From Planctomycetota bacterium (GTDB lineage: Bacteria > Planctomycetota > B15-G4): a stretch of 64,000 nucleotides of DNA. A program made the position numbers and the translations under genes. Shown here in pieces: positions 38,222 through 46,916 of this stretch. Where the stretch lies: assembly GCA_038212275.1 (NCBI GenBank), contig JBBQUR010000008.1:159427-223426 (forward strand), in the 5' to 3' direction. Each line of letters begins with the position of its first letter. Positions within the stretch are counted from its first letter, which is position 1. The notes below the pieces were generated by a model that was not told the origin of the DNA, did no database searches, and was given only the letters and a program-made list of their open reading frames with translations.

Positions 38222-40294
38222 TCAGTTCAGCTCGAACGACTCGGTGGCCACCTCACCGGGCGCCACGACAACCTCGTGCCGGACGCGCCTGTCGCCGCTC
38301 ACGGCGACGACGCGCCAGCGCCCCGGATCCAGGGCGTCGAAGGATGCGCGTCCGGCCGCATCCGAGCGCGTGCTGAGCGCCGACGCAGGCTCGAGATGAA
38401 ACTCCGAGCGATCCAGCGGCGTGGCCAGGACCACAGCCCACGGCACGGGAGCGCCGCCCGCGTCGAGCGTGCAGTGCAGCGCCCCCAGCTCGGGCAGCGC
38501 GATCGCGATCGGCGTGCCCGCGCTCGTCGCGACGACGTCGCGCACCACCGCGGAGCCGAAACCTTTGGCACTCACGAGCACGTCGCACGCCTCACCCTCG
38601 CGCAGAGCGGTGATGCGGCGGACGCCGGAGACGAGATCGGCCGTCACGTCCTCCAGCGCCGGCGAGACCTCGTCCACCTGAGGGCGGCGCACGCGGATTT
38701 TCAACGACTCGATGACGGCGCCGGTGAGCGCCGACGTGACCGTCGCCCGGATGGACCCCGTCAACCATCGATCGGCGCCGACGACGACTCGCAGGCTCGT
38801 GTTTCCCGCGGCGACATCCGGCACGACGCCGCGGCACGTGAGCCGCCCGTCGTAGCCCTCGAAGGCGATGTCGAAGCGCGCGTCGGGATGCAGGCCGGGC
38901 AGCACGAAGCGGCCATGGACATCCACCGAAGCGGACGCCGACCCGAACGCCGCGTCGGAGGGCACGGCCCACGCCATGGCCGCCGGCGTGTCGTCCGGCC
39001 AGTGGGAAACCGTCCACACGATGGCATTGCCGAGCGGCTTGCCCTGCGGATCCAGCAACTGCCCGGCAATGATCGCCGGCGCACAGGCACGCAGCACCAG
39101 AGGCTCCTGGCGCGCAGACGTCTCCGCGGTGACGCGCTGCGGAGTCTGGATCGGAGGCCCGCCGGCTGCCATCGTGAGCCAGCCCTTCGTTCGCGACACG
39201 CTGCTCCCGTGGAAGGCGCCGCTCTCGTCCGTTCTGATCGTGTTGATCGTGTTGATCGCGTCGCTCAACCCGGTGTCGGTAAACCATGGCGGGCTGTCGG
39301 CGGCGGCGGCGTGCCGCCTGGCCGAGACGAGTTCGTTGCCGTGCGCAATGCCCTCCTTCCAGAACATCACGCCCAGGCCAGGCATCGGCTCGCCCTGCGC
39401 GTTCAGCGCGATGCCTCGCAGACCTGTCTCCGGCGCTTGCGAGGGAAGCACCAGCACCAGCTCGCGCCGCGCCAGTTCCTCGGTGATCGGCACGGTCTCG
39501 CTGCGAAGCTCGTCCCGGACGGCTTCCACGACGAAGCCATCGGCGACATGCGCATCCAGGGAGAAGCGCCCCTGCGCATCGGTGCGACGTTCGAACGTCG
39601 GCTGCGGATGCTCCGCGGGGAACTTCCGATGCTCGGTGGCGGAGTATGAGAACACGGACACGTTCGGACAGGGCTGGCCGTCGCCCGTCACGACGCGCCC
39701 CCGCAGGGACACCTCCGGCTGCAGCGGCAGGAGGACCGTGCGCGGCTGATCCTTGTTGCGCGACCACGCACGGACAAGCCCCGAACAGCCGACTCCCGAG
39801 AGCGAGGCAAGCAGCGAGGAAGAACCCTGCGGCGTGAGCGTGCTCTGGCCGTGCTCATCGGTGAGCCAGGTGACGTGCTGCCCGGACATGTCTGCGGACC
39901 GCATCTCGATGGTCGCACCGCTCACGGGGCGATCCTCGCCGTCCACCACGATGACCGTGCACGGCAGGCGCGGAGTCTCGTGAGACGGCGGCACGCCCCA
40001 CCACTCCAGCACCAGAAAGTTGCGGCGAGCGGCGGCGAGGCCCTCATCGCTGCCGTCGGGCAGGGACTCGATCTCGCGCGCGGCGTCCGGCAGCGCGGCG
40101 GGCTGCAGCGGCCGTTCGTCGGCAGGCGTCGACGCCGACTCGCGTCGCAGCACACCCGCGGGAGCGGACGATGCCTCCGGCTCCGCGTCGTGCCAGGCCT
40201 GCAGTCCCCAAGCCGCCAGCGCGGCCACGAGGAGCACGCCCGGCAGGCCATAGCGCAGCGAGCCGGCGCGTCTTCGCGGCGGCTCCTCGATCAC
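38222..40294 (-). CDS. Carboxypeptidase-regulatory-like domain repeat protein, paralog 3
   Basis: Same architecture as 36001 gene (VVDG.DRPV..A..E, LTDEHG, GCSG, PLQPE, TDAQGRF, PGRW); start approximate. Confidence 0.75.
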   Translation of the reverse strand: MIEEPPRRRAGSLRYGLPGVLLVAALAAWGLQAWHDAEPEASSAPAGVLRRESASTPADERPLQPAALPDAAREIESLPDGSDEGLAAARRNFLVLEWWGVPPSHETPRLPCTVIVVDGEDRPVSGATIEMRSADMSGQHVTWLTDEHGQSTLTPQGSSSLLASLSGVGCSGLVRAWSRNKDQPRTVLLPLQPEVSLRGRVVTGDGQPCPNVSVFSYSATEHRKFPAEHPQPTFERRTDAQGRFSLDAHVADGFVVEAVRDELRSETVPITEELARRELVLVLPSQAPETGLRGIALNAQGEPMPGLGVMFWKEGIAHGNELVSARRHAAAADSPPWFTDTGLSDAINTINTIRTDESGAFHGSSVSRTKGWLTMAAGGPPIQTPQRVTAETSARQEPLVLRACAPAIIAGQLLDPQGKPLGNAIVWTVSHWPDDTPAAMAWAVPSDAAFGSASASVDVHGRFVLPGLHPDARFDIAFEGYDGRLTCRGVVPDVAAGNTSLRVVVGADRWLTGSIRATVTSALTGAVIESLKIRVRRPQVDEVSPALEDVTADLVSGVRRITALREGEACDVLVSAKGFGSAVVRDVVATSAGTPIAIALPELGALHCTLDAGGAPVPWAVVLATPLDRSEFHLEPASALSTRSDAAGRASFDALDPGRWRVVAVSGDRRVRHEVVVAPGEVATESFELN

Positions 40295-40331
40295 GAGAGT
40301 GCGAGGCCTGTCGCGCCGGCCGATGGCGAGA

Positions 40332-42410
40332 TCAGCACGGGGGCTCGTCCCGGCGCAGGCGCACGAGTTCGTCGTAGTAGGCCGCGCCGCCGCCGAGATC
40401 GGACTCGACGGCGGCGACGAGCAGGTTGGCGCAGCGGCCGTCGCGCAGCGAACCACCCTTCGGCATCCAGACGACATCGAGGCGCAGCGTGGCGTCGTGC
40501 CGCACGACGACGGCCAGCGCGCCGACACGGCTCTCCAGCAGCGCGCGCTCGCCGTCGCCGAAGCCGGCGGCGGACTCCGGATGCACGAGCAGCTCCGCGG
40601 GTCCGTCCGGCAGCGTGACCGACCACTGCGAGGACTGTGCCCTGGGCGTGGACGTGGCCATGAGCGTCAGCGGAAAGTCGGGCTGCGTCACCGGTGCGGG
40701 CAGCGCTGCCTCGGTGAGAAGATTCACCTTGCCGCTCGGCGTGGGAAAACGCCGGCCCTCGAACAGCACCTGTGCCGCGAAGGGATTGCGCACCGGCTTC
40801 TCGCGCAGCGCTTCCAGCGTGACGCCCGCGCGGTGCAGGCGCGTCGTGAGGCGCCGCTTCCAGTCCTCGATGCTGCCCGCCAGCTCGCGCCCGAGACCCG
40901 GATCGAGCCGCGCCGCCAGCTGCTGCCAGATGTGCAGCTCGTGGCGCGGCCCCGCCGACTCCGCATCCGGCTCGAGGGCCGACGCGCCGTCGTGCGCGTC
41001 GTGCGCGTCGTGCGCGCCGGGTGCGGCGAGCGCGGGCTGCGACACGCGCAGGAAGTGATTGCCGTAGGCGCCGAGCACATCGCTGTCTTCGAGCAGCGTG
41101 AGAGTCGGCAGCACGAGGTCCGCGACATCGGTCGTGTCGGTCGGGTGCGTGTCCACCACGACATTGAAGTCGCTGCGCAGGAAGGCCGCGCGCACGCTGG
41201 CGCTGTCGGGCAGCATCGCGACGGGATTTCCCGCGGTGACCCAGATCGCGCGCACCGGGCCGAGGGCGTCGCCGTCCGCCGCCTCCAGCAGCTCGCGCCC
41301 GAGGCGCGCCTCCGCGAAGCTGCGTGGTGCGACCTGCAGGCCGCGCACGAAGTCCGTGTCGAAGGCACCGCGCCGCTTGAAGTAATAGGAGACGCCGCCG
41401 CCGGGAATGCCCAGATTGCCGGAGATCGCGCCCAGCGCGTCGATCGCGCGCGTCGTCGTGGCGCCGTTGCGCCGGCGCCCGAGGCCCCAGCCGACGAGGA
41501 TCGCCGCGGGGGCACGCATGCCGTAGGCCTCCGCGAGACGCGCGAGATCCGCGGCCGGCACGTCCGCCAGGGCGGCCCAAGCCTCCGCCGTGCGGCCATG
41601 CACCAGCGCGCTGTACTCGTCGAGATGCTCGCAGTAGTCCGCGGCGCGCGGGTCCGTCGCGCCGTGATCGAAGAGCCAGCGCGCCATGCCCATCGCCAGC
41701 GCGAAATCGCCACCGGGGCGCGGTTGCACGAAGAGGTCGCACAGCTCGGCGGCCCGCGTGCGCACCGGGTCCATGCCGAGGATCATCGCGCCGGCAGCGC
41801 GTGCCTCGCGCAGCACCGGCAGCAGGTGCACGCAGCTCGTATGCACGTTCTTGCCCCACAGCACGATGGTGCGGCTGTGCTGCAGGTCGAAGAGGTCGTG
41901 ACTCTCGCTGATGCCGAAGTCGAGCTCCTGCGCAGCCTCGCCCGCGCCGGAGCAGATGTCGCCGCGCTTGATCGACACCGGCCCGAAGCGCTCGAAGAGC
42001 AGCTCCGAGACGTGCTTGAGCAGGCCGAGCGAGCCGCCGCTGCGATAGTGCAGGATCGACGCCGGCCCGCTCTCCGCACGGATCGCGCGCAGTCGCTCCG
42101 CCGCGAGGTCGAGCGCCTCGTCCCACGGGATGGCCTGCAGCGGCGCATCGCGCAGGCGGGCCTCGCGCGGCCCGCCGCCGGCACGCACGCGCCCGGCGCC
42201 GCGGCGCAGCAGCGGCCGCACGATGCGCGACGGATCGTTCTGGCGCGCGAGAAAGCGGCTCGTGCGCTCGCACAGGAAGCCGCGCGTCACCGGATCGGCC
42301 GGGTCGCCGCGCAGTCGTGTCGGGCGACCGTCCTCCACGCTGAGCAGCAGCGAACACGCATCGGGACAATCCCGGTTGCAGGTCGTGCGATGGACGACCG
42401 GCTCGCTCAC
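40332..42410 (-). CDS. Molybdopterin (bis-MGD, DMSO reductase family) oxidoreductase catalytic subunit, cytoplasmic
   Basis: CNRDCPDAC...C [4Fe-4S] motif, WDEALD, GDICSGAG, WGKN, DPVRT, TDVADLVLP, C-terminal HP/molydop-binding domain; no Tat signal. Confidence 0.9.
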   Translation of the reverse strand: MSEPVVHRTTCNRDCPDACSLLLSVEDGRPTRLRGDPADPVTRGFLCERTSRFLARQNDPSRIVRPLLRRGAGRVRAGGGPREARLRDAPLQAIPWDEALDLAAERLRAIRAESGPASILHYRSGGSLGLLKHVSELLFERFGPVSIKRGDICSGAGEAAQELDFGISESHDLFDLQHSRTIVLWGKNVHTSCVHLLPVLREARAAGAMILGMDPVRTRAAELCDLFVQPRPGGDFALAMGMARWLFDHGATDPRAADYCEHLDEYSALVHGRTAEAWAALADVPAADLARLAEAYGMRAPAAILVGWGLGRRRNGATTTRAIDALGAISGNLGIPGGGVSYYFKRRGAFDTDFVRGLQVAPRSFAEARLGRELLEAADGDALGPVRAIWVTAGNPVAMLPDSASVRAAFLRSDFNVVVDTHPTDTTDVADLVLPTLTLLEDSDVLGAYGNHFLRVSQPALAAPGAHDAHDAHDGASALEPDAESAGPRHELHIWQQLAARLDPGLGRELAGSIEDWKRRLTTRLHRAGVTLEALREKPVRNPFAAQVLFEGRRFPTPSGKVNLLTEAALPAPVTQPDFPLTLMATSTPRAQSSQWSVTLPDGPAELLVHPESAAGFGDGERALLESRVGALAVVVRHDATLRLDVVWMPKGGSLRDGRCANLLVAAVESDLGGGAAYYDELVRLRRDEPPC

Positions 42411-43426
42411 GGACTCGACACCGGCCGCCGCCGTTCGACGCCGCCGGCCACGTCGGCCACGTCGGCCACGTCCGCCACGCCGGCCGCGCCAGCCGCGCCA
42501 GCCGCGCCGGCCGCGCTGGCGGCGCTGTCGTGTCCGCGGACGCCCACCGGGTGATAGTGCACGTGCACGCCGCGCAGGAATTCGATCTTGCCGGCGAGCA
42601 GGGCCTCGACGTCGTCCGCGATGCGATCACCGGCGGCCACGCTGATCGTGCCGTCCACGCCGATGGTCACGTTGAGCACGAGGTACGGACCGAAGCAATG
42701 CGCGCGCACGTCCTCCACCTGCATCACGCCGCGCACGCTGCCGATCCACTCACGCAGCCGGTCGGCCAGTTCGCTTCCGGGCTGGCTGCCCATGAGGTCC
42801 GTCGTGGACTCGCGCAGGATGCCGATGCCCGTGCGCAGGATGACCAGCGCCACCGCGACGCCCGCAGCCGGGTCTACCCACGCATGTCCGGCACGACCGA
42901 GGAGGATGCCCAGCGTGGCGGCCGAAGCCGAGAGGACATCGTTGCGGTGGTCGTAGGCGAGCGCGGCCACTGCCGGGTTGCCAGTGAGGCGCGAGAGGCG
43001 CCTCGTCACGATGGTCAGCGCAATCTTGAGCACGATGGTCAGCAGCCCGGCCCACAAGGCCCACTCGCTGGCGCCATCGCTGGTCACCACGCCGGAGAGC
43101 AATTCCCAGGTGCGATGCGAGGCGGACAGCAGCACCGCGACGCCCGTCGCCACGACGAACGAGCCCACGACCAGCGCGCCGATGCTCTCCAGGCGCTCGT
43201 GACCATACGGGTGGTCGTCGTCGGCCGGCTTGCGCGCCATGACCATGAACACGCGCACGACGACGTAGTAGATGACGTCGCTCACCGAGTTGATGCCGTC
43301 GGCCAGCAGCGCGGGACTGTTGCCGACGATGCCGATGGAGGTCTTCAGCGCGGCCAGCAGCGCATTGGCCACGAGGCCGAGATCCACGGCGAGCAGGCTG
43401 CGGCGTTCCCTTCGCTGTCCATCCAT
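42407..43426 (-). CDS. Cation diffusion facilitator (FieF-like) transporter
   Basis: SPALLADGINSVSD, KPADDDHPYGHERLE, DHRND, dimerisation domain VHVHYHP; stop overlaps next GTG. Confidence 0.92.
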   Translation of the reverse strand: MDGQRRERRSLLAVDLGLVANALLAALKTSIGIVGNSPALLADGINSVSDVIYYVVVRVFMVMARKPADDDHPYGHERLESIGALVVGSFVVATGVAVLLSASHRTWELLSGVVTSDGASEWALWAGLLTIVLKIALTIVTRRLSRLTGNPAVAALAYDHRNDVLSASAATLGILLGRAGHAWVDPAAGVAVALVILRTGIGILRESTTDLMGSQPGSELADRLREWIGSVRGVMQVEDVRAHCFGPYLVLNVTIGVDGTISVAAGDRIADDVEALLAGKIEFLRGVHVHYHPVGVRGHDSAASAAGAAGAAGAAGVADVADVADVAGGVERRRPVSSP

Positions 43427-43469
43427 CACGGACGAGTCTAACCGGCGCGAGTGGGGCGCTGCTCCGCTC

Positions 43470-43682
43470 GGCCGGGAGCTGCCCCTGGGGTCTCGCCAAG
43501 AAGGGTGACTCGCTTGGGGCGGTGAGTGCGCCGGGGCGGGAGGGTTGTCCGGCGCTGCGCCCCTGAGGCAAGAGGACGCGTCACGGTTCCGGGAGCGGCG
43601 CCCTTCGCGCCGGACAAACCTCCCGTCCCGCGCACGCCGATGCGCGAGGCTCCGTGCCTTGCGAAGCGGGCAGCTCGTGGCC
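43470..43682. repeat. Structured ~213-bp repeat element, copy 1 (MITE/REP-like or ncRNA)
   Basis: Terminal IR GAGCTGCCC/GGGCAGCTC; internal ~28-bp hairpin; ~84% identical to reverse complement of 43875-44050. Confidence 0.85.
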
Positions 43683-43820
43683 TTCACTTCACTGCGCATC
43701 ACTCACGGACTTGGGGGCGAACGATTGCTCCGCATCGAGGTGCGGAGGGACTCGCCATGCGGTTGAGCATCGCTGGAGCAGCAAGGGCGCGTTCGCAGTC
43801 CGGAACTTCAACTTCAGCAA

Positions 43821-43866
43821 ACGCGAGCAGCGTCGTGAAACGCGAGCGGCGTCGTGAAGCGCGAGC
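43821..43866. repeat. 19-bp tandem repeat ACGCGAGC(A/G)GCGTCGTGAA x2 plus partial
   Basis: Read directly. Confidence 0.85.
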
Positions 43867-44080
43867 GCCGGGGTGCTGACCGCTTCGCCTGGCACGGAGA
43901 ATCATGCGTCAGCGTGCGCGGGTCGGGAGGCTTGTCCGGCGCGAAGGGCGCCGCTCCCGGAATTCTCTCGCGTCCCGTTGCCCCAGGGGCGCAGCGCCGG
44001 GCAAGTCTCCCGACCCGGCGCACTCACCGCCCCATGCGACTCACGTTTTCCTCGCCCTCAGTGCGGTCAGCACCCAGGCC
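43866..44080. repeat. Structured ~215-bp repeat element, copy 2 (inverted relative to copy 1)
   Basis: Perfect 13-bp terminal IR GGGTGCTGACCGC (43871-43883) / GCGGTCAGCACCC (44063-44075); same internal hairpin. Confidence 0.85.
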
Positions 44081-44102
44081 GCGGAGGCGAAACAAGCCGT
44101 TC

Positions 44103-44903
44103 CTACTCGGCGCGCAACGAGAGTCCGCCGGAAGCTCTCAACTCCAGCGCGTAACTCTTCCCGGGCCGCAACTCGATGTACGGCGCCTCACCGTGGATCG
44201 CGCGCACGCCGGCTGCGGCGGCCGCGGCCTCGTCGTTCGCGTAGTCCCAGAAGCGGCGCCAGAGCTTGCTTTCGAAGCCGGGGTCGTCACCGCCGCCGTA
44301 GGGAAGCGGTCGCGCGCCGGAGGTGTCGAGCGGGAAGCCCTCGGAGGGCCACTGGTACTCGCCGAAAAGCCGCCGGAAGAGACACAGCGAACTGCCGCGC
44401 AGCGCATCGCCCTGCTCGACGAAGCTGTCGTCGAACTTGATCACCAGCGCATCCACGTAGGCGACCTTGCCCAGCAGCGTGAAGCGGCGCGCGGCGCCGA
44501 GCGGCTCGCCGTCCTCATCCAGCTCCTGGAACTCCACGTCGGTCTCGATGCCGGCGGGAGTCTTCGGCGTCACCGTCTCCGGCGCCGCGCGCTGCTCCAT
44601 CACCGTGAGCCGCGCGAGGCGGTGATCGACCTTCAGCAGCTTGAGCGCCAGCTCCAGCTCCTTGACGCGCTGCTGCAGCTCCGCGATCTGCTGCTGCTGC
44701 TCCGCGATGGTGCGGTCGCGCGCGGCGACATCCTCCTGCAGCGACGCGATGCGCTGCGTCGCTTCGGCAAGCTGCTGCTCGCGCTCTGCAAGCGCGCCGT
44801 TCACGCGCCACGCGCCCCACATCAGCAGCCCCACGATGCCGGCGTAGACCACTGTCCGGAAGCCGTAGTTCCACTTGCCGACCGCGGGAGGCGCGCTGCT
44901 CAT
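44103..44903 (-). CDS. Conserved hypothetical membrane-anchored coiled-coil protein
   Basis: N-terminal TM, heptad coiled coil, globular C-terminal domain; ATGA overlap with upstream gene. Confidence 0.75.
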   Translation of the reverse strand: MSSAPPAVGKWNYGFRTVVYAGIVGLLMWGAWRVNGALAEREQQLAEATQRIASLQEDVAARDRTIAEQQQQIAELQQRVKELELALKLLKVDHRLARLTVMEQRAAPETVTPKTPAGIETDVEFQELDEDGEPLGAARRFTLLGKVAYVDALVIKFDDSFVEQGDALRGSSLCLFRRLFGEYQWPSEGFPLDTSGARPLPYGGGDDPGFESKLWRRFWDYANDEAAAAAAGVRAIHGEAPYIELRPGKSYALELRASGGLSLRAE

Positions 44904-46816
44904 CCGTCCTTCTTTTCCGTCGGCTTGCCCGACTTGCCGCCCTTGGTCTTGTCCTTCTTCTGGCCGCCGAGCAAGCCGCCAAGCGTGTCGCCGAGGCCCT
45001 TCTCCGCCGCCTTGTCGAGGGCCTTGTCCACCGCGCCGTCGATGCTCTCGCCGACCTTCTCGTTGGCCTTCTCGATGAGCTTGTCGCGCTCGGCCTCGAC
45101 GCGGCGCGAGAGCTCGGCCGCTCCCGCGGCGCGCAGAGCCTCGACGAGATGCTCGTCGTCGATGGAGATGGCGAGGTCGTCCAGCGGGCCGCGCAGGCCG
45201 ATGGGCAGCGTGAACTGCGAGACGTGCGCGTCGCCGCCGCCGAGGCGCAGCGTCGTGTCGTGCAGCGTGACGTCCAGCGGCAGGTCGAGCCGCCCCACGC
45301 TGCCGCTCCAGTGCCCGTCGAGCTCCACGTCCATCGTTCCGCCGGCGATCGGGCTCTCGCCGCCGACGCGCAACTCGCTCGCGATGCGATCCACGGGAAA
45401 TGCGCGCAGGCGGAAAAGGATGCGGTCGTCGCCCGCCGCCGCGCTCCCGGTGCGACGCGCAAGATTGCCGAGGCCCAGAGCCGCCTCGATCTGGCCGCTG
45501 GTCGACTTGATCTGCAGGTGCGGCGCACCATCCACCAGCGAGGGTTGCGTGGAGAGATTCTCGGCGAGCACGTCGAGCGCCTCGCCGGGCAGCGCGTCGC
45601 ACAGCAGGCCGTCGATGCGCAGCGTCGACACGAGCAGGGTCGGCGCGCCCTCCACGAGATGCCGCGCGACGACGTCGGCATAGCCCGACTCGTCGGCCTC
45701 GCGCTGCAGGCGCTCGGACAGCGTCTCGTCGCTGTCCGCGCTCGTGGAGGCGTCGCTCGGCGCGAGGCGCTCCAGCCAGCGTTGCGCCTGCGAGAGCCGG
45801 TCGCGCCACAGCTGGTAGTCGCGCACGTAATCCTCCAGCCTGTGTCCGGGCGCCGTCTCCTCCGTCGGCGTCGGCGACGGTGCGGACGCGCGCCAGCCTT
45901 GCAGACTGCCGGGCGACTCGCGCGGCGCTCCCTGGCGCGCGTCACGGATCACGACGTTTTCGAGATGCACGCGGCGGCGCAGCAGATCCAGGCCGCTCAC
46001 GTCGGCGGTCAACTCCGCGGCGCGGAAGACATCGTGGTCCAGCGCGTTGGGATCGGCGAGCGCAAGGCCCTTGATGACGAGACGCCCCTCGCCGAGATCG
46101 AGGCTGGCGGAACCCACGTCCACCGTGGCGCCGTTGGCCTCCGTCAAGCCGCGCTTCAGCGCCGCGCCGAGCAGCGGACCGGTGAGCACCGAGTGCAGCG
46201 CGAACAGTGCGCCGACGAACAACGCCGCAACGACGAGCCCCGCGAGGCGGAAGGGCCGCCCGCCCTTGAGCTCGGCCAGTTCCTTCCAGTCGACCGCGCG
46301 GCGCCCGCCCCCCACGAGGACAAAGGTCAGGCACCTCGCCCACGGCCGGGCGGCCAGTGCGGCCAGCGCGGCGTGATCCGCCGACGCCGCCGAGAGGCGC
46401 AGTCGCATCAGCCGAACGCCGCGCGCGACGAGCAGTCCCGCAACGAGGCCCGTCACCGCGCCGAGCAGCAGCCCGCCCGTGACCACATAGTGCTCGAAGC
46501 CGAAAAGTGCGAGGACCGGCGCGTTGATCGCCGCGCGGAACAACGGCTGCGTCGGGCCGTCCAGCAGCAGACGCCCGGCGGCGAAAGACAGCGGCAGCGC
46601 CAGCAGCGAGAGCAGCTTGGCGCCGGCCGCGACGGCGAGCGCGAGGCCGAGCGGCGCGTTGAGCACGAGCAGTGCAAGGCAGAGCGCCGCGACGGCGCCG
46701 GGCGCCCGCAGGACGCCGGGCAGGAAGCCGAGCATCGCTCCGAGCACGCACGCCAGCACCATCTGCACCGGCGAGATGCGCCCCCGCACCAGAGAACCGA
46801 GCTGGCGCGTGAACAT
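44900..46816 (-). CDS. TIGR03546/DUF2062-like membrane domain fused to an AsmA-like (TIGR03545-like) domain
   Basis: SPVQMVLACVLGAMLGFLP N-terminal membrane domain; ANGATVDV...L.LADP beta-taco-like region; SD GGAGA. Confidence 0.6.
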   Translation of the reverse strand: MFTRQLGSLVRGRISPVQMVLACVLGAMLGFLPGVLRAPGAVAALCLALLVLNAPLGLALAVAAGAKLLSLLALPLSFAAGRLLLDGPTQPLFRAAINAPVLALFGFEHYVVTGGLLLGAVTGLVAGLLVARGVRLMRLRLSAASADHAALAALAARPWARCLTFVLVGGGRRAVDWKELAELKGGRPFRLAGLVVAALFVGALFALHSVLTGPLLGAALKRGLTEANGATVDVGSASLDLGEGRLVIKGLALADPNALDHDVFRAAELTADVSGLDLLRRRVHLENVVIRDARQGAPRESPGSLQGWRASAPSPTPTEETAPGHRLEDYVRDYQLWRDRLSQAQRWLERLAPSDASTSADSDETLSERLQREADESGYADVVARHLVEGAPTLLVSTLRIDGLLCDALPGEALDVLAENLSTQPSLVDGAPHLQIKSTSGQIEAALGLGNLARRTGSAAAGDDRILFRLRAFPVDRIASELRVGGESPIAGGTMDVELDGHWSGSVGRLDLPLDVTLHDTTLRLGGGDAHVSQFTLPIGLRGPLDDLAISIDDEHLVEALRAAGAAELSRRVEAERDKLIEKANEKVGESIDGAVDKALDKAAEKGLGDTLGGLLGGQKKDKTKGGKSGKPTEKKDG

Positions 46817-46916
46817 GAGGACTGTCTCCGGGTCCGAGCGAGACTAGCGGTGCGGACCCGGCATCTCAATCGCGCTCCGCCGAGGATTGCGGCACCCCGC
46901 TTGCTAGGCTGGCGAC

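Noticed and set aside
43821..43866. Mini CRISPR array
   Set aside because: Repeats are directly adjacent with no spacers, and there are no cas genes
43438..44154. Short paralogous ORFs in the inverted-repeat region (GGLSGAKGAAPG / PGAAPFAPDKPP peptides)
   Set aside because: Similarity appears in every frame because of the DNA repeat; starts and stops are not shared and there is no RBS or codon bias
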